A stretch of DNA of 64,000 bases from Candidatus Woesebacteria bacterium (GCA_016926185.1 JAFGPD010000010.1:1444-65443); one strand, 5' to 3'; positions 26,723 to 37,260 are shown, counted from the stretch's first letter. Notes: generated by a model not told the origin, from the letters alone. Made by a program: numbers and translations.

Positions 26723-27457
26723 ATGGCAGCCAATAAAAAAACGTCCACGAAAAAGGTAACAAAAAAAACAAGTACTAAAAAAACCAAAACAATTGCTGAT
26801 AATACAAAAAAGTCAGAATCAAAAGGGTATGGGATTAAAAGCAGTGAAAAAAGTGTTTTGAAGAGTAAAAGATACATTGCTTTAGTATTTTTTTTGATTG
26901 TTGCTGGGACACTGTATCTTCTTCGCGGTCAGTATCTTGCAGCCTTAGTAAATGGTACTCCAATAACAAGATTTTCAGTACTGAAGCTTTTGGAGGATCA
27001 GTCCGGACAGCAAATTCTAGACCAGCTTGTAAATGAATCTTTGATAAAACAAGCTGCCAACAAGCAAAATATTGAGATCTTAGAAACTGATATAGATAAA
27101 GAGATCGATAGTATTTCCAAAAATATTGAAAGTCAGGGACAGAACTTGAATGATCTTCTGGCAATGCAGGGAATGACAATGGAGGATTTGAGAGAAAGAA
27201 TTGATACACAGCTTACATTAGAGAGATTACTGGAGGATAGGATTGGTGTAGAAAAACAGGAAGTTGATGATTATATCGAAAAGTATAGCGATTCAATTCC
27301 CGAGGACATGAGTGCAGAAGAGATAGAAGATCTTGCTCGTGAGCAGCTTGTGCAAAAAAAACTTCAAACAGAGATAACGAAGTACTTAGAAGAACTTCAA
27401 TCAGAAGCAAATATAATGTACTTCGGTGCGTATCAGGTAACTGCTGATACCGAGTGA
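26723..27457 (+). CDS. SurA/PrsA-like N-terminal chaperone domain protein (no PPIase domain evident)
   Basis: TM, AALVNGTPIT, ILDQLVNESLIKQAA, EELQSEANI. Confidence 0.75.
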   Translation: MAANKKTSTKKVTKKTSTKKTKTIADNTKKSESKGYGIKSSEKSVLKSKRYIALVFFLIVAGTLYLLRGQYLAALVNGTPITRFSVLKLLEDQSGQQILDQLVNESLIKQAANKQNIEILETDIDKEIDSISKNIESQGQNLNDLLAMQGMTMEDLRERIDTQLTLERLLEDRIGVEKQEVDDYIEKYSDSIPEDMSAEEIEDLAREQLVQKKLQTEITKYLEELQSEANIMYFGAYQVTADTE

Positions 27458-27458
27458 T

Positions 27459-28385
27459 CTAGCTTGATTTGTCTACATCCGGAGTTTCCAGTTCAATTTG
27501 AATATTGGTGGCAGTAGGTACTTCATTTTGTATCGCATTTTCGATCTTGTCGATCAGTTGTTCGATCTCGTCAGTGCTTAACTCATTTGATAAATGAACC
27601 TCGATATTCACTAGTAACCTGTTAGTTCCGATACGAAGTGTTCTTAGGTCCAATACTTTTTTTACATCAGGGAAATTTTCTGTGACCTTGATTATTTTTT
27701 CCTCCACTTTAGCTGATGCAGACTGACCCACCAAAAGATCCCTTGCACCCTCAATGATAAAAAGCGCCAGGATCGCCAGTGTGATCCCTATTGTCATTGC
27801 ACCCAGTCCATCAAAACGATAATTGCCGGTCAATGAATAAAAAACTAAAGAGATGAGTCCAAGAATTGAAGCGATAGTGCCCATCATGTCGATGACCAGC
27901 GTTGTTTTGGTCTCAATAAAGGCAGAATGCACAATGACACCCCATATATTTTTAAGAGAATTTTTTCCTAAAAGACGCCTCATTGAAAGTGACATTGAGT
28001 AGCCATTAGTTATTGATGCTATGATAAGTGCGATTATGGCAAGGGAAATATTTTCTATTGGTTTAGGATCGAGAAATCTTTTTAGACCAAAGTAAAACGA
28101 TGCACCTGCTGTGATCGTAAAGGTTGCCAGAGCCGATAAAAATGTCCAAAAGTATAACTCTCTGCCGTACCCGAAAGGATGATTTTTATCAGAAGGGATA
28201 TTGGACCTTTTTATACCAATTAAAAGAAAACCAGCCGCTAAAAGATCAGCAGCTCCTTCTAGAGCCTGAGATAGCATAACGACACTTCCTGATATAAAAG
28301 CTAGTAATATGTTTATGGCAACATCAGAAAAGCTGACTATAACAGAAGTCCGGACTGCCTTTTTTGCTGTGATCTTTTTGTCCAC
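27459..28385 (-). CDS. Cation diffusion facilitator family transporter
   Basis: SGSVVMLSQA, HPFGYGRE, C-terminal dimerisation domain. Confidence 0.85.
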   Translation of the reverse strand: MDKKITAKKAVRTSVIVSFSDVAINILLAFISGSVVMLSQALEGAADLLAAGFLLIGIKRSNIPSDKNHPFGYGRELYFWTFLSALATFTITAGASFYFGLKRFLDPKPIENISLAIIALIIASITNGYSMSLSMRRLLGKNSLKNIWGVIVHSAFIETKTTLVIDMMGTIASILGLISLVFYSLTGNYRFDGLGAMTIGITLAILALFIIEGARDLLVGQSASAKVEEKIIKVTENFPDVKKVLDLRTLRIGTNRLLVNIEVHLSNELSTDEIEQLIDKIENAIQNEVPTATNIQIELETPDVDKSS

Positions 28386-28450
28386 TATTTAATCATACAA
28401 TATGTTGTATTATATTTTGAATTATACACATGTCATTTCATAAATTTCTT

Positions 28451-28536
28451 ATCATTGCGAGCGATGTGCAGTGATCTGGAAGATCTTTTCTTTAGGCAGT
28501 CGAAGGATTACTTCGTCGTGGACTCCTCTCGATGAT
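28451..28536. repeat. Degenerate palindromic repeat of the GTCATTGCGAG...CTCGCAATGAC type
   Basis: ATCATTGCGAGCG...GGATTACTTCGTCG..ACTCCTCTCGATGAT. Confidence 0.5.
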
Positions 28537-28616
28537 CCCGATTAGATTGTTGCAACGTCCAATGGAGCACTTAGGAGAGGATGTTGGATGTAATCCAAAA
28601 AAGAATTTGAAGAGGA

Positions 28617-31600
28617 TTATTTCTTTCTTCTTTTATTTTTAAAGTGGATTAGTATAAAGACTAGTACACCGCCACCGAGTAGTACAACATTTGCAATTAC
28701 GAAAAGTGCTAATCCTGAAAAAGTCGGGGTAGAAGTTGTCCCCAGACTGCCTGAAGGTGATAGGTTAAATGTGCCAGCACTATCGAAATCACTAACTGGT
28801 GCCGACTTTTCTGCGATCCCAAGAGAGCCAAACATTTGAATACCACCACCTGATAGGGGGTTAGACATAATCCCTTCAGGAGTCAGATTAATGGTTTGTC
28901 CTTGTCCTCTAGTTTCGGCTCTGGGTGTTGTCTCATCCCTATATCTGTCTAAATTCTCAGACAGGCTTTCTAAGGTATTAAGCTGGAATTCATTTACTAG
29001 TGCGATCAAAGATGAGTGTGGACCCACAATTGAATTGTTTTTGGAAAAATCGTTGAAGTTGTCTAAAAAGGCTACCTGAGTATTAAGGTTAGCTTTGGTT
29101 GTTGAATACAAGCCTTTTAGGAATTTACTAGCAAATAAATATGACACTAAGTCGCCAGTACTGGTTGTTTTGATTTCGTTCCAGCCGGCCAAGTTATACA
29201 TGTTTGGAGAACCAGAGTCAGTATAGTAGCTGAAATATTCACCCGAAGCCACTAGCTTTTTACCATCAACCTCTACCTTTTCAGCATCAATTATTGCGCT
29301 ATTTAAAGCAGCTGTGAAATTGTCAAACGAAGAACCTCCGCTTTGCAGAATGTCTGTAGTAATGTTTGTAGTATAGGGAGGAATGGTCTCGCCGTGTACT
29401 ACATAAAGCGAGACATCTTTGTTTAGCCTTGTTGTATTATTGGAGGCGGGCTGTTGCGAGTCGGTTATAAGTATTACAAAATCATAATCACTTTTCTCCA
29501 GCTTGTTATAGGAATTTATCCAATTACCTATCCCAAAGTAGTTGATACTAAGATCTTTATCTAAATTATCTTTTTCAAGCTTTTTAGGTTCAGATATTAG
29601 GTCATTGAATTTAACCAGGTAAACGTCGTTATCTTCAATTAGTTGACTGTTGTGGAGCATATCAACTGCTTTTTCAATTTGTTTATTCTCCTTATTTGCA
29701 TAGGATACATCTGCTGCTATTGCGATCTTCAGACCGCTTGCAATATCTGTTAAGGAAAGTTCATTTTTATTATCACACTCGACGTTTTTACCAGAACTTG
29801 CGATCTTTGTATTGGGTACAAGATAAGCGCTGTATGAAGCAAAATTGTTTTGTAGCTGAATGTCATTTTGGAGACTGCACAGTTTTTTACCAAGTTCTTC
29901 ATAATTATTGTCCTGAATGTAATTATCTTCGACCAAAGCAACCTTTCCATCAACTCTTACTTCTTCCAAAACTTCTTTTGTCTTGATATTTTCCTCTTTT
30001 GTATATACCGGAAGGGGGTAGCCATCAGGTTCGACGGGCGTGATATATGTAAATTTAATTCTTTGATTTCTGCCGTTGAGTATCGTACGATTGTTTTTCG
30101 AAGGCACAGGATAAACTCGCAGTCTGTATTGTGTTGGTCCGGTTTGCTCCAGAAGTGCCGGATCACGTCTTCTGACGATCTGTCTTTCATAAGTTTCCTG
30201 AGCGGCACCCTTTGGCGCTATTACACCGGTGAATTCAAGATTGGGACCCAGCAGTAACTCCGTAACAACAGCGTCCTCAGGAAGAGAGAATTCATATATT
30301 ACTTCCTGATCACTGAAGGCCGAGTTAGTATATACCTCGTCAATACTGACTTTTACTATCAATCCTTCGTTTGAGGTTTCTACATTAATATCCCTTGAGA
30401 AAAGCTCGACGTTTTTTGCCGAACTGACATTTCTTGCGGTTTTGTAAGTTTCGCCAAAAAGATAATTATAAGCATTTCGGGCTTCGTAATTTCGGTCAAG
30501 ACTTCCCTGATAAACAAAAGGATAAGCCAAAGTTGTGAATGAATCGTGAATTATTTCAGCACCCAATCCTTCTATCCCGAAAACCTCTTCGTATGCATCT
30601 TTGATGAAATCATCATCTTTGGCCATTAAGTATCTGCGTCTGACGTTTGTTAGATTATCGAAGGCTCTTTTGATCTGATCTTCTTTATCAAGAAGCCCCA
30701 TCGCTATCTCTTCTTTTTCCTCAAAGGTTTCTGCCTCATGTAGATCTTCCAACAGGTTGATATATCTGTCGGCACTGGGCTGATAGGAAACACCGAATAC
30801 TAGTGCAAACCAGACGAAGGCAAATATATAAAGATATTTTTTGACATTTACCGCCCCGATCTTTTCCGAAACCTCTTTGGCTGATCTTTTAAATATCTTT
30901 GCAAGAGAGTAGGTCAGAAGATATGGAGCTGAGGTTAACGCTAGTGCAAGAGCTATCCCCATCCCTCCAAAAGTTATTGCGATCAAGATACCAAAAGGGT
31001 TAAATCTTCGATATGAAGAAACTGTCGCTTCAACAATGTCATATGAGATGTATTCATAAACTATTTTTGAAAGTGTTCCTAGGACAAGGGGAGTGAAGTA
31101 GGTGAATAACAAAGTTATATAAAAAGAAGTAAGAAATAGAGATTCTCTCAGAAAAAGCACGATATAGTTATATTTCTCTGATTTGAATGTGATCTTCATC
31201 AGATTGATTAAAAACACAGGTATAGCAAAGATAAACATCAGCAGAAGAAACCAGACAAAGGGACTGGGGGTAGAGAAAACGTTTGCACATACTATAGAGA
31301 TAAATACAAGCGGGACTTCGAAAAGCAAAAAAAGTTTGGCAAGTTTTTCCGGTGTTATCTTCTCTTTGTACTTAATGACGATAAATGAAGTGACAAAGGG
31401 AGTAAATCCTGCGATAAGCAAAAATGCCAATCTTGCCAGACCGATATTTTTGACAGTTTCGATGATGTTTCCGTCCGTAACTGCGCTGAAATTTATATTG
31501 GTAATAAAACTAAAGATTATTAAAAGAAAAATTGCATTGTATCCCCAAAATACTAGGTTCACGATGAACTTTCCCGCTTCGCTTGGAAGCTTGAGCTCAT

Positions 31601-32000
31601 CTTCTTTCACTGAGTATTTAGGTTTTTTCTTATCTCTTTTATCTAAGTAGTCGAGGAGTTCATAGTCGATTTTTGGACTTTTTTTATTATCAATCTCCGG
31701 TTTTCTATCAGAAGAATCTTTAAGTTTTTCGATTAGAACTTCACGAGCGATCTTTTCGGCGATCGGGGAGAATGTGTCGGGGGTTACTTCATTCTTATCT
31801 CTCATTAATCGGATCTCTCCGCTTTTTGCATCCACAACTACGTCCACGGTTTTGGTTTCGGCTGGATAGAGTTTGTGATACTCACTTAGGACTTTGTCGT
31901 GGATCTCTGAGACTATTGTGGAGTATGAAACACCCTTTTGTGTTACAAGATCTGCTAAATTTGCAAACTCGCTTTTTTCCATAGAACTTTGACTATACAT
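28617..32000 (-). CDS. Large integral membrane protein: NusA-NTD-like N-terminus, multiple TMs, VIT domain (TIGR02921-like), C-terminal TM with basic tail
   Basis: VIT pattern EVYTN..QEVIYEFSLPEDAVV...AQETYE...DPALLEQ...LRVYPVP; C-terminal TM + KNKRRKK. Confidence 0.75.
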   Translation of the reverse strand: MYSQSSMEKSEFANLADLVTQKGVSYSTIVSEIHDKVLSEYHKLYPAETKTVDVVVDAKSGEIRLMRDKNEVTPDTFSPIAEKIAREVLIEKLKDSSDRKPEIDNKKSPKIDYELLDYLDKRDKKKPKYSVKEDELKLPSEAGKFIVNLVFWGYNAIFLLIIFSFITNINFSAVTDGNIIETVKNIGLARLAFLLIAGFTPFVTSFIVIKYKEKITPEKLAKLFLLFEVPLVFISIVCANVFSTPSPFVWFLLLMFIFAIPVFLINLMKITFKSEKYNYIVLFLRESLFLTSFYITLLFTYFTPLVLGTLSKIVYEYISYDIVEATVSSYRRFNPFGILIAITFGGMGIALALALTSAPYLLTYSLAKIFKRSAKEVSEKIGAVNVKKYLYIFAFVWFALVFGVSYQPSADRYINLLEDLHEAETFEEKEEIAMGLLDKEDQIKRAFDNLTNVRRRYLMAKDDDFIKDAYEEVFGIEGLGAEIIHDSFTTLAYPFVYQGSLDRNYEARNAYNYLFGETYKTARNVSSAKNVELFSRDINVETSNEGLIVKVSIDEVYTNSAFSDQEVIYEFSLPEDAVVTELLLGPNLEFTGVIAPKGAAQETYERQIVRRRDPALLEQTGPTQYRLRVYPVPSKNNRTILNGRNQRIKFTYITPVEPDGYPLPVYTKEENIKTKEVLEEVRVDGKVALVEDNYIQDNNYEELGKKLCSLQNDIQLQNNFASYSAYLVPNTKIASSGKNVECDNKNELSLTDIASGLKIAIAADVSYANKENKQIEKAVDMLHNSQLIEDNDVYLVKFNDLISEPKKLEKDNLDKDLSINYFGIGNWINSYNKLEKSDYDFVILITDSQQPASNNTTRLNKDVSLYVVHGETIPPYTTNITTDILQSGGSSFDNFTAALNSAIIDAEKVEVDGKKLVASGEYFSYYTDSGSPNMYNLAGWNEIKTTSTGDLVSYLFASKFLKGLYSTTKANLNTQVAFLDNFNDFSKNNSIVGPHSSLIALVNEFQLNTLESLSENLDRYRDETTPRAETRGQGQTINLTPEGIMSNPLSGGGIQMFGSLGIAEKSAPVSDFDSAGTFNLSPSGSLGTTSTPTFSGLALFVIANVVLLGGGVLVFILIHFKNKRRKK

Positions 32001-32260
32001 ACACTTTATATCTCCTGAAAGCTCTTTTCAACAACAACTTATAATCTGATATTAGTCGTTAAATGAAAGAAAGGCTTAGTGAAATTGAAAAAGAGCTGGG
32101 AGAAAATTTATTTGTAAAATGGCCAACGAAGGCGGTTATTATTTTGGTAGTTCTGGGATTTTCTATTGGACTGATAAGAGAAACTATAAAAACGGCTTCA
32201 GTTGTATAAATTAACATTAAAAATATTTCATTCTTTGTAGTATAATAGTAATACAAAGAC

Positions 32261-32779
32261 ATGACCTCAAAGACGGGGACAGTGTTCATTAGCCCGCCAG
32301 ATGAGGATGATCTGCAGGAAAAAGAAGAATTAGAAGGCTCGGATGGCGGTGAGCTTGATAATCTTGCTCGTAAAGCAAGGTGGATTATTTTTGAGTGTTC
32401 TTCGAAATCATCATTTCTTTCCGCTTCAAAGGACAGGTTAACAATTTGTCCTAATAGAGTTACTATCACTAAAAAGAGTCTTTTTACTATGGATGAATAC
32501 CCTATGCCTATTGAAAATGTCACTAGTGCCAGGGTTTACTCTCATTTCAGGAATGCTTCACTTATTATTGAGACATTTGGTGTTCCAACGCCCGATCCTG
32601 TAAAAAATCTGGATGTCAATGACGCCAGGCTTGCAAGGCGATATATTCAAGCACTGGTCCAATGCAAGAAAAATAACATAGACCTTACACATTTAAGTTT
32701 AGAAGAGCTGAAAAATAAACTTAAAAGAATTGGAATGGTCCAATACAGTACAGAGGAGAAAGATTATCACAAGATATAA
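32261..32779 (+). CDS. Hypothetical protein (bacterial PH-like)
   Basis: 172 aa; DRLTICPNRVTITKK...IENVTS...ASLIIET. Confidence 0.6.
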   Translation: MTSKTGTVFISPPDEDDLQEKEELEGSDGGELDNLARKARWIIFECSSKSSFLSASKDRLTICPNRVTITKKSLFTMDEYPMPIENVTSARVYSHFRNASLIIETFGVPTPDPVKNLDVNDARLARRYIQALVQCKKNNIDLTHLSLEELKNKLKRIGMVQYSTEEKDYHKI

Positions 32780-32836
32780 CTTCGCAACGCTTTATAGTTG
32801 AATATATTCCTGTGTAGTTTTGTATAATTATTACAA

Positions 32837-33121
32837 ATGCGCAAAAAAACACAAAAGGACCAAAAAGCTTCTTCAAAAGAAGATATATTAGATAAGATAA
32901 AAAAAACCCAGGAAAGATTAATAGTATCACTTGCAGCTGCATGGGAAACGGCACCCGACGATCCCAAGATCCGGGAAAAGTTAATGAAAGCTTCAGAAAA
33001 GGCCGTAAAATTGAGAGAAAGCATCTATAAAGATGTTTTAAAAGAGGAACCTCCAGATGTTAGGGAATCTTATACAAATTTGAGAGAGAAGCTTGAGAAA
33101 GAAATAAAGGATAGAAAATAA
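32837..33121 (+). CDS. Hypothetical helical protein
   Basis: 94 aa; TATAAT just upstream. Confidence 0.55.
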   Translation: MRKKTQKDQKASSKEDILDKIKKTQERLIVSLAAAWETAPDDPKIREKLMKASEKAVKLRESIYKDVLKEEPPDVRESYTNLREKLEKEIKDRK

Positions 33122-33631
33122 ATGGAAAATAGAATAGTTGTGGTAAACGATAAGATGCAAAAAGACTACAAATACGTTCTCAGTGAGCCTATTGGGAAGA
33201 ATTTTGATCCGGAATTTAAGCCGCAATTATCTCCTAAGCAGATGTTAAAACTAGGTGTGTTTGGCGGAAAGTATTTGAATGATTGCAAAGACGAATTCCC
33301 TAAAGATTGGTACAAGGATGCGAAAATGTCTCCGGAAAGAAAAGATGTCTCTAAAAATCATTTTGGTGTTGATGCCAGTCAGCCCCTTTCTTTTTGGATC
33401 AATAAAGGCTGGATATATCCCGAAGACCCGCGAGGCTGGTTTCAATGGTACTGCCGCTATTATATGGGCAGAAGGCTTCCCAAAGAAGATAAAAGACAAA
33501 TTGGCAGATGGAAAGCGATGGTCAGGCATATTGCGCAGATAAGAAAAAATTGTAAACCTAAAGACCTTAACTGCAGGAAAAGACAGCGGCAGGCTCTTTT
33601 GCATTGGGCATATGACAGCAGAAAGATATAG
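33122..33631 (+). CDS. Conserved hypothetical protein
   Basis: FKPQLSP.QML.LGVFGG, DPRGWFQWYCRYYMGRR, RQALLHWAYD; looks like a conserved family. Confidence 0.75.
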   Translation: MENRIVVVNDKMQKDYKYVLSEPIGKNFDPEFKPQLSPKQMLKLGVFGGKYLNDCKDEFPKDWYKDAKMSPERKDVSKNHFGVDASQPLSFWINKGWIYPEDPRGWFQWYCRYYMGRRLPKEDKRQIGRWKAMVRHIAQIRKNCKPKDLNCRKRQRQALLHWAYDSRKI

Positions 33632-33658
33632 TCAAAACGGCTAGATCATAATTTAGAT

Positions 33659-34846
33659 ATGGGAAAGAAAATAGCACTTTTTTTGGTAGTAATAACAGTA
33701 TTGGCATATGTTTTATATTTTTTCAGAGAGGATATTGAAAGAGTATTCTTCAAGCCGACTGATACAGATATTGAAATTGGAGTTACAAGAAAAGAACTTG
33801 ATCAAAAAACTACTTCTATAACTCCAAACAAACAAAGCGCGGATGATAAAAAAGAGGATGTGAAAGTTATTGCAACAGGTTTAAGAATTCCCTGGGAGAT
33901 TGCGTTCATAGATGAAAATACGATGTTGGTTACAGAAAGGACTGGAGATCTATTAAAAATAAACACAAGCGGTGATATTTCCCTTGTGGGAAATATTGAT
34001 GGTGTGGAAGATATTGGTGAAGGAGGACTTTTGGGTTTGGCCCTTCATCCAAAATTTGCAATCAACGGATGGATTTATCTCTATGTCACGGCAAGAAGCG
34101 GTAATGAATTGATCAATAGAATTGAGAGGTATAAATTTGATGGAAGTATCCTGTCAGAGAAAAAGATAATAATTGATAATTTACCTGGCGCAAGATATCA
34201 CGATGGCGGGAGAATTAAATTCGGTCCGGATGGATATCTTTATATGACAGTTGGTGATGCTGAGAATGAAAAGAAAGCTCAGGATAGAAACTTATTATAT
34301 GGCAAAATATTACGGATCACTGATGAAGGACAAGTTCCCGAAGGTAACCCTTTCGGAAATGAAGTATACTCCCTGGGTCATAGAAATCCTCAGGGACTTG
34401 CGTGGGACAACAGAGGCAGGTTGTGGTCGACTGAACATGGACCTTCTGGAGTAAATTCAGGTTATGATGAACTTAACCTGATCTATAAGGGTCTGAATTA
34501 TGGCTGGCCAAATATTATAGGTGATACTTGGGAACCGGATCTGGAAATTCCAATAATTCAATCAGGAGCAAGTGATACTTGGGCACCCGCAGGGTCAGTT
34601 TACTGGGGCGGTTCGATATTTTTTGCAGGCCTTAGAGGTGAAAGCTTGTATGAAGTAAATATCGCTGATATTAAAAATCCCAAGATCAAGTCACATTTTC
34701 ATAAAGAGTTTGGCAGACTGAGAGCATTGGCTATTGGTCCGGATGGATATTTTTATGTTTCTACAAGTAACACCGATGGTCGCGGAGATGCTGAACCTGA
34801 AGATGACAAGATAATTAGAATTAATCCCACTGTTTTCAGAAGGTGA
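33659..34846 (+). CDS. PQQ-dependent sugar (glucose/sorbosone) dehydrogenase family
   Basis: PWEIAF, GEGGLLGLALHP, HDGGRIKFGPDG, GHRNPQGLAW, GRLR. Confidence 0.9.
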   Translation: MGKKIALFLVVITVLAYVLYFFREDIERVFFKPTDTDIEIGVTRKELDQKTTSITPNKQSADDKKEDVKVIATGLRIPWEIAFIDENTMLVTERTGDLLKINTSGDISLVGNIDGVEDIGEGGLLGLALHPKFAINGWIYLYVTARSGNELINRIERYKFDGSILSEKKIIIDNLPGARYHDGGRIKFGPDGYLYMTVGDAENEKKAQDRNLLYGKILRITDEGQVPEGNPFGNEVYSLGHRNPQGLAWDNRGRLWSTEHGPSGVNSGYDELNLIYKGLNYGWPNIIGDTWEPDLEIPIIQSGASDTWAPAGSVYWGGSIFFAGLRGESLYEVNIADIKNPKIKSHFHKEFGRLRALAIGPDGYFYVSTSNTDGRGDAEPEDDKIIRINPTVFRR

Positions 34847-34860
34847 AAGATCTGTGAGAT

Positions 34861-36498
34861 TTAAGAATACAGAAACTTATCATAATTTTCCAACATCTTT
34901 TTAGCACTGAAATTACTGGAAAGCTCAATTGATCTTTTCATTCTTTCTATCCATTTCAGTGGAAGGCCTGCCTCATTTCTTTCGTAATACTGCGGAATTA
35001 TCTCATTTTCCAAAAGATCGTAAAAATCTTCTGCGACATTTTCTGGGTCTATGTTCCAGCCTATTCCTTTCCAATCTACTTCATATGTCCAGCCATCCAA
35101 TACCGTGCAATTCAGCACACCATTGCTGATGGCTTTCATACCACTTGTGCCGCATGCTTCAAGATTGCCTTTTGGGGTATTAAGCCAAACATCAGAACCG
35201 GAAGTTAAGTGATTGGCCAAAGATATATTGTAATTGGGTACAAATATTGCATAACCGTTAAGTTCAGTTCCAAAGAGTTTAATGATATCTTCAATTAAGT
35301 ATTTTGCATTTGGATCGGCACTGTGGCTATTTCCGGCAAAAAGGATTTGCACCTCTTTGCTTGGCTTGGCGATGATATTTTTCAATCTCTTAATATCTTT
35401 AAAAATTGCTTTGGGTTGCTTGTATTCGGCCAGTCTTCTTGCCCAGGAGATCACAAGCCTTTTTGGATCATACCCAAAACCAGTTCTGTCTACCACCGTT
35501 TCCATTAGTTCCTCCTTTTTCTTTTGATGAAGTGCCCAAAGCTCCTCATTGGATATATTGGGATCTCTGAAGTCACTGTCTTGCCATCTTGGAAGATAAA
35601 CACCATTTGTTATAGCTGTCCAATTATATTCAGGGTATTTCTTTCTGGCATATTCACCATGCACTTGGGATACCGCTGATCGTTTGTTAGATATGTTCAG
35701 TGCAAAATGTGTTATTGAGAATTTATCTTTTCCAACGAGACCCGGTTTGATAATTTCATCAACTTCAACACCTAATTCTGTTGCAAATGGCTTACCCCAA
35801 AAACGCACAGCATCAGCAGAGTAGGTAGGGTTTCCAGCCTCGACTAGAGTGTGGTTGGTATATACGATTTTCTCTTTTGCCTTTTCCCATGCTTTGCTGA
35901 AACTTAAGTCTTCATCCTGCATAAAACCTTTTGTTATTTCCCAGATGGCAAATATTGGTCTTCCCTCATTGAAATGATATTTTCGGGGTGTTACATTAAG
36001 TATTCTTAAAAGACACGCACCTCCTACACCGAGAATTATCTCTTGTCTTATCTGACTGGCTTCGTCACCCTGATAAAGTGCATCCATATCATGTACCCAT
36101 TCGGATGGATTGTCGTCAAGATCGGTAGACAGGAAAAATTGAATAGCTGTATCTGAAAGCCTTAAATGATAAGCCTTGACGATCACTTCTTTGGAAGGTG
36201 TTGGTAAAGTGAATTTGAGCAGTTTTCCATTTACCGTAGTTTGTCTTAAAAATGATGTGTCATGATCGAATTCAGAATCTTTCCTTCTTTCCTTCCCTTC
36301 ATGATTTATTTGTTGAATAAATTGTTTACCTCCATACAAAAGTCCAATACCGATCATCGGAAAATGGTTTGTTCCCGCTGCATTTATCAGATCTCCTGCA
36401 AGGATCCCAAGTCCACCGGCGTATGTAGGAAGGTCGTTGTCGATGGCGAATTCTGAGCAAAGGTAGGCAACAGGATTTTTGATGCTGGACAGTTTCAT
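34861..36498 (-). CDS. glgP: Alpha-glucan (glycogen/starch) phosphorylase, short form
   Basis: YAGGLGILAGD, HFNEGRP, FT/YTNHT, ARRLAEYK, EACGTSGMK (PLP lysine). Confidence 0.85.
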   Translation of the reverse strand: MKLSSIKNPVAYLCSEFAIDNDLPTYAGGLGILAGDLINAAGTNHFPMIGIGLLYGGKQFIQQINHEGKERRKDSEFDHDTSFLRQTTVNGKLLKFTLPTPSKEVIVKAYHLRLSDTAIQFFLSTDLDDNPSEWVHDMDALYQGDEASQIRQEIILGVGGACLLRILNVTPRKYHFNEGRPIFAIWEITKGFMQDEDLSFSKAWEKAKEKIVYTNHTLVEAGNPTYSADAVRFWGKPFATELGVEVDEIIKPGLVGKDKFSITHFALNISNKRSAVSQVHGEYARKKYPEYNWTAITNGVYLPRWQDSDFRDPNISNEELWALHQKKKEELMETVVDRTGFGYDPKRLVISWARRLAEYKQPKAIFKDIKRLKNIIAKPSKEVQILFAGNSHSADPNAKYLIEDIIKLFGTELNGYAIFVPNYNISLANHLTSGSDVWLNTPKGNLEACGTSGMKAISNGVLNCTVLDGWTYEVDWKGIGWNIDPENVAEDFYDLLENEIIPQYYERNEAGLPLKWIERMKRSIELSSNFSAKKMLENYDKFLYS

Positions 36499-36552
36499 AC
36501 TATTTATAGATTATCATTAATCATTATTCGACACTAGTTTTATGATGATAAG

Positions 36553-37161
36553 CTAAAATAGTCCTTCCTGTTTGATCTCTATCTCATTTTCAGGATAGGA
36601 GAAATCTACATCAAATCTTCTTACTGTATTCCATTTATCTTTGAACATCAGGTGACTATTTTTAAACCCGAAATCATAAACTTGCTTGGTGATGTCTACA
36701 TCGGACTCACAATATCTTTTTAATTTGTCCAAACTTTCTTTGTCACCTTTTTTCCAATACAACACTGCATTTATACCAACATCTATCTTTTCAGTATCAA
36801 GAGTTTCCTTTGCAATTGAATCAAGACTGATCCTTTTCCCTAGAGAAGCTTTTACTTGGTCCATAATATCAAAATGTTTCAGTCTTTCAAAGGGGAACGG
36901 AGAGTATGGCTGAAGAGCCGGAATGTCAAAGTGAAAAGTGTTAAATCCGATTATTCTGTCAGCATTTTGAAAATACTCCCACATTTTGGGAAAATCATTT
37001 TCCCAGAAGCTTAACATTTTACCTGAAATTTCGTTCAAACTATCATCCAGTGACCTGTTATATAGTGAAATCACGGATACCCCCAGATCACCTGGGTTAT
37101 CTCCTTCTATTTCACTGAATAGTTTTTTGGTTTCAACGTCGAAAATAACTTCGTTTATCAT
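36553..37161 (-). CDS. RNase H-like (YprB/DEDD) exonuclease domain protein
   Basis: IFDVETK, IGFN..FD, SLD.IAK.TL, YCESDV. Confidence 0.8.
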   Translation of the reverse strand: MINEVIFDVETKKLFSEIEGDNPGDLGVSVISLYNRSLDDSLNEISGKMLSFWENDFPKMWEYFQNADRIIGFNTFHFDIPALQPYSPFPFERLKHFDIMDQVKASLGKRISLDSIAKETLDTEKIDVGINAVLYWKKGDKESLDKLKRYCESDVDITKQVYDFGFKNSHLMFKDKWNTVRRFDVDFSYPENEIEIKQEGLF

Positions 37162-37260
37162 CAGGTTTACAGTATATCAGTCAGTTTTAATTTGAAAAAG
37201 TATTCAAGTAAACGGTTTGACGGATTTTGTAATAAAATATAAACTGAAAAACGCAATTAT

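Noticed and set aside
34861-36498. Truncated or pseudogenised glucan phosphorylase
   Set aside because: All main motifs, including the PLP lysine, are present in one frame, and short forms of this family are known.
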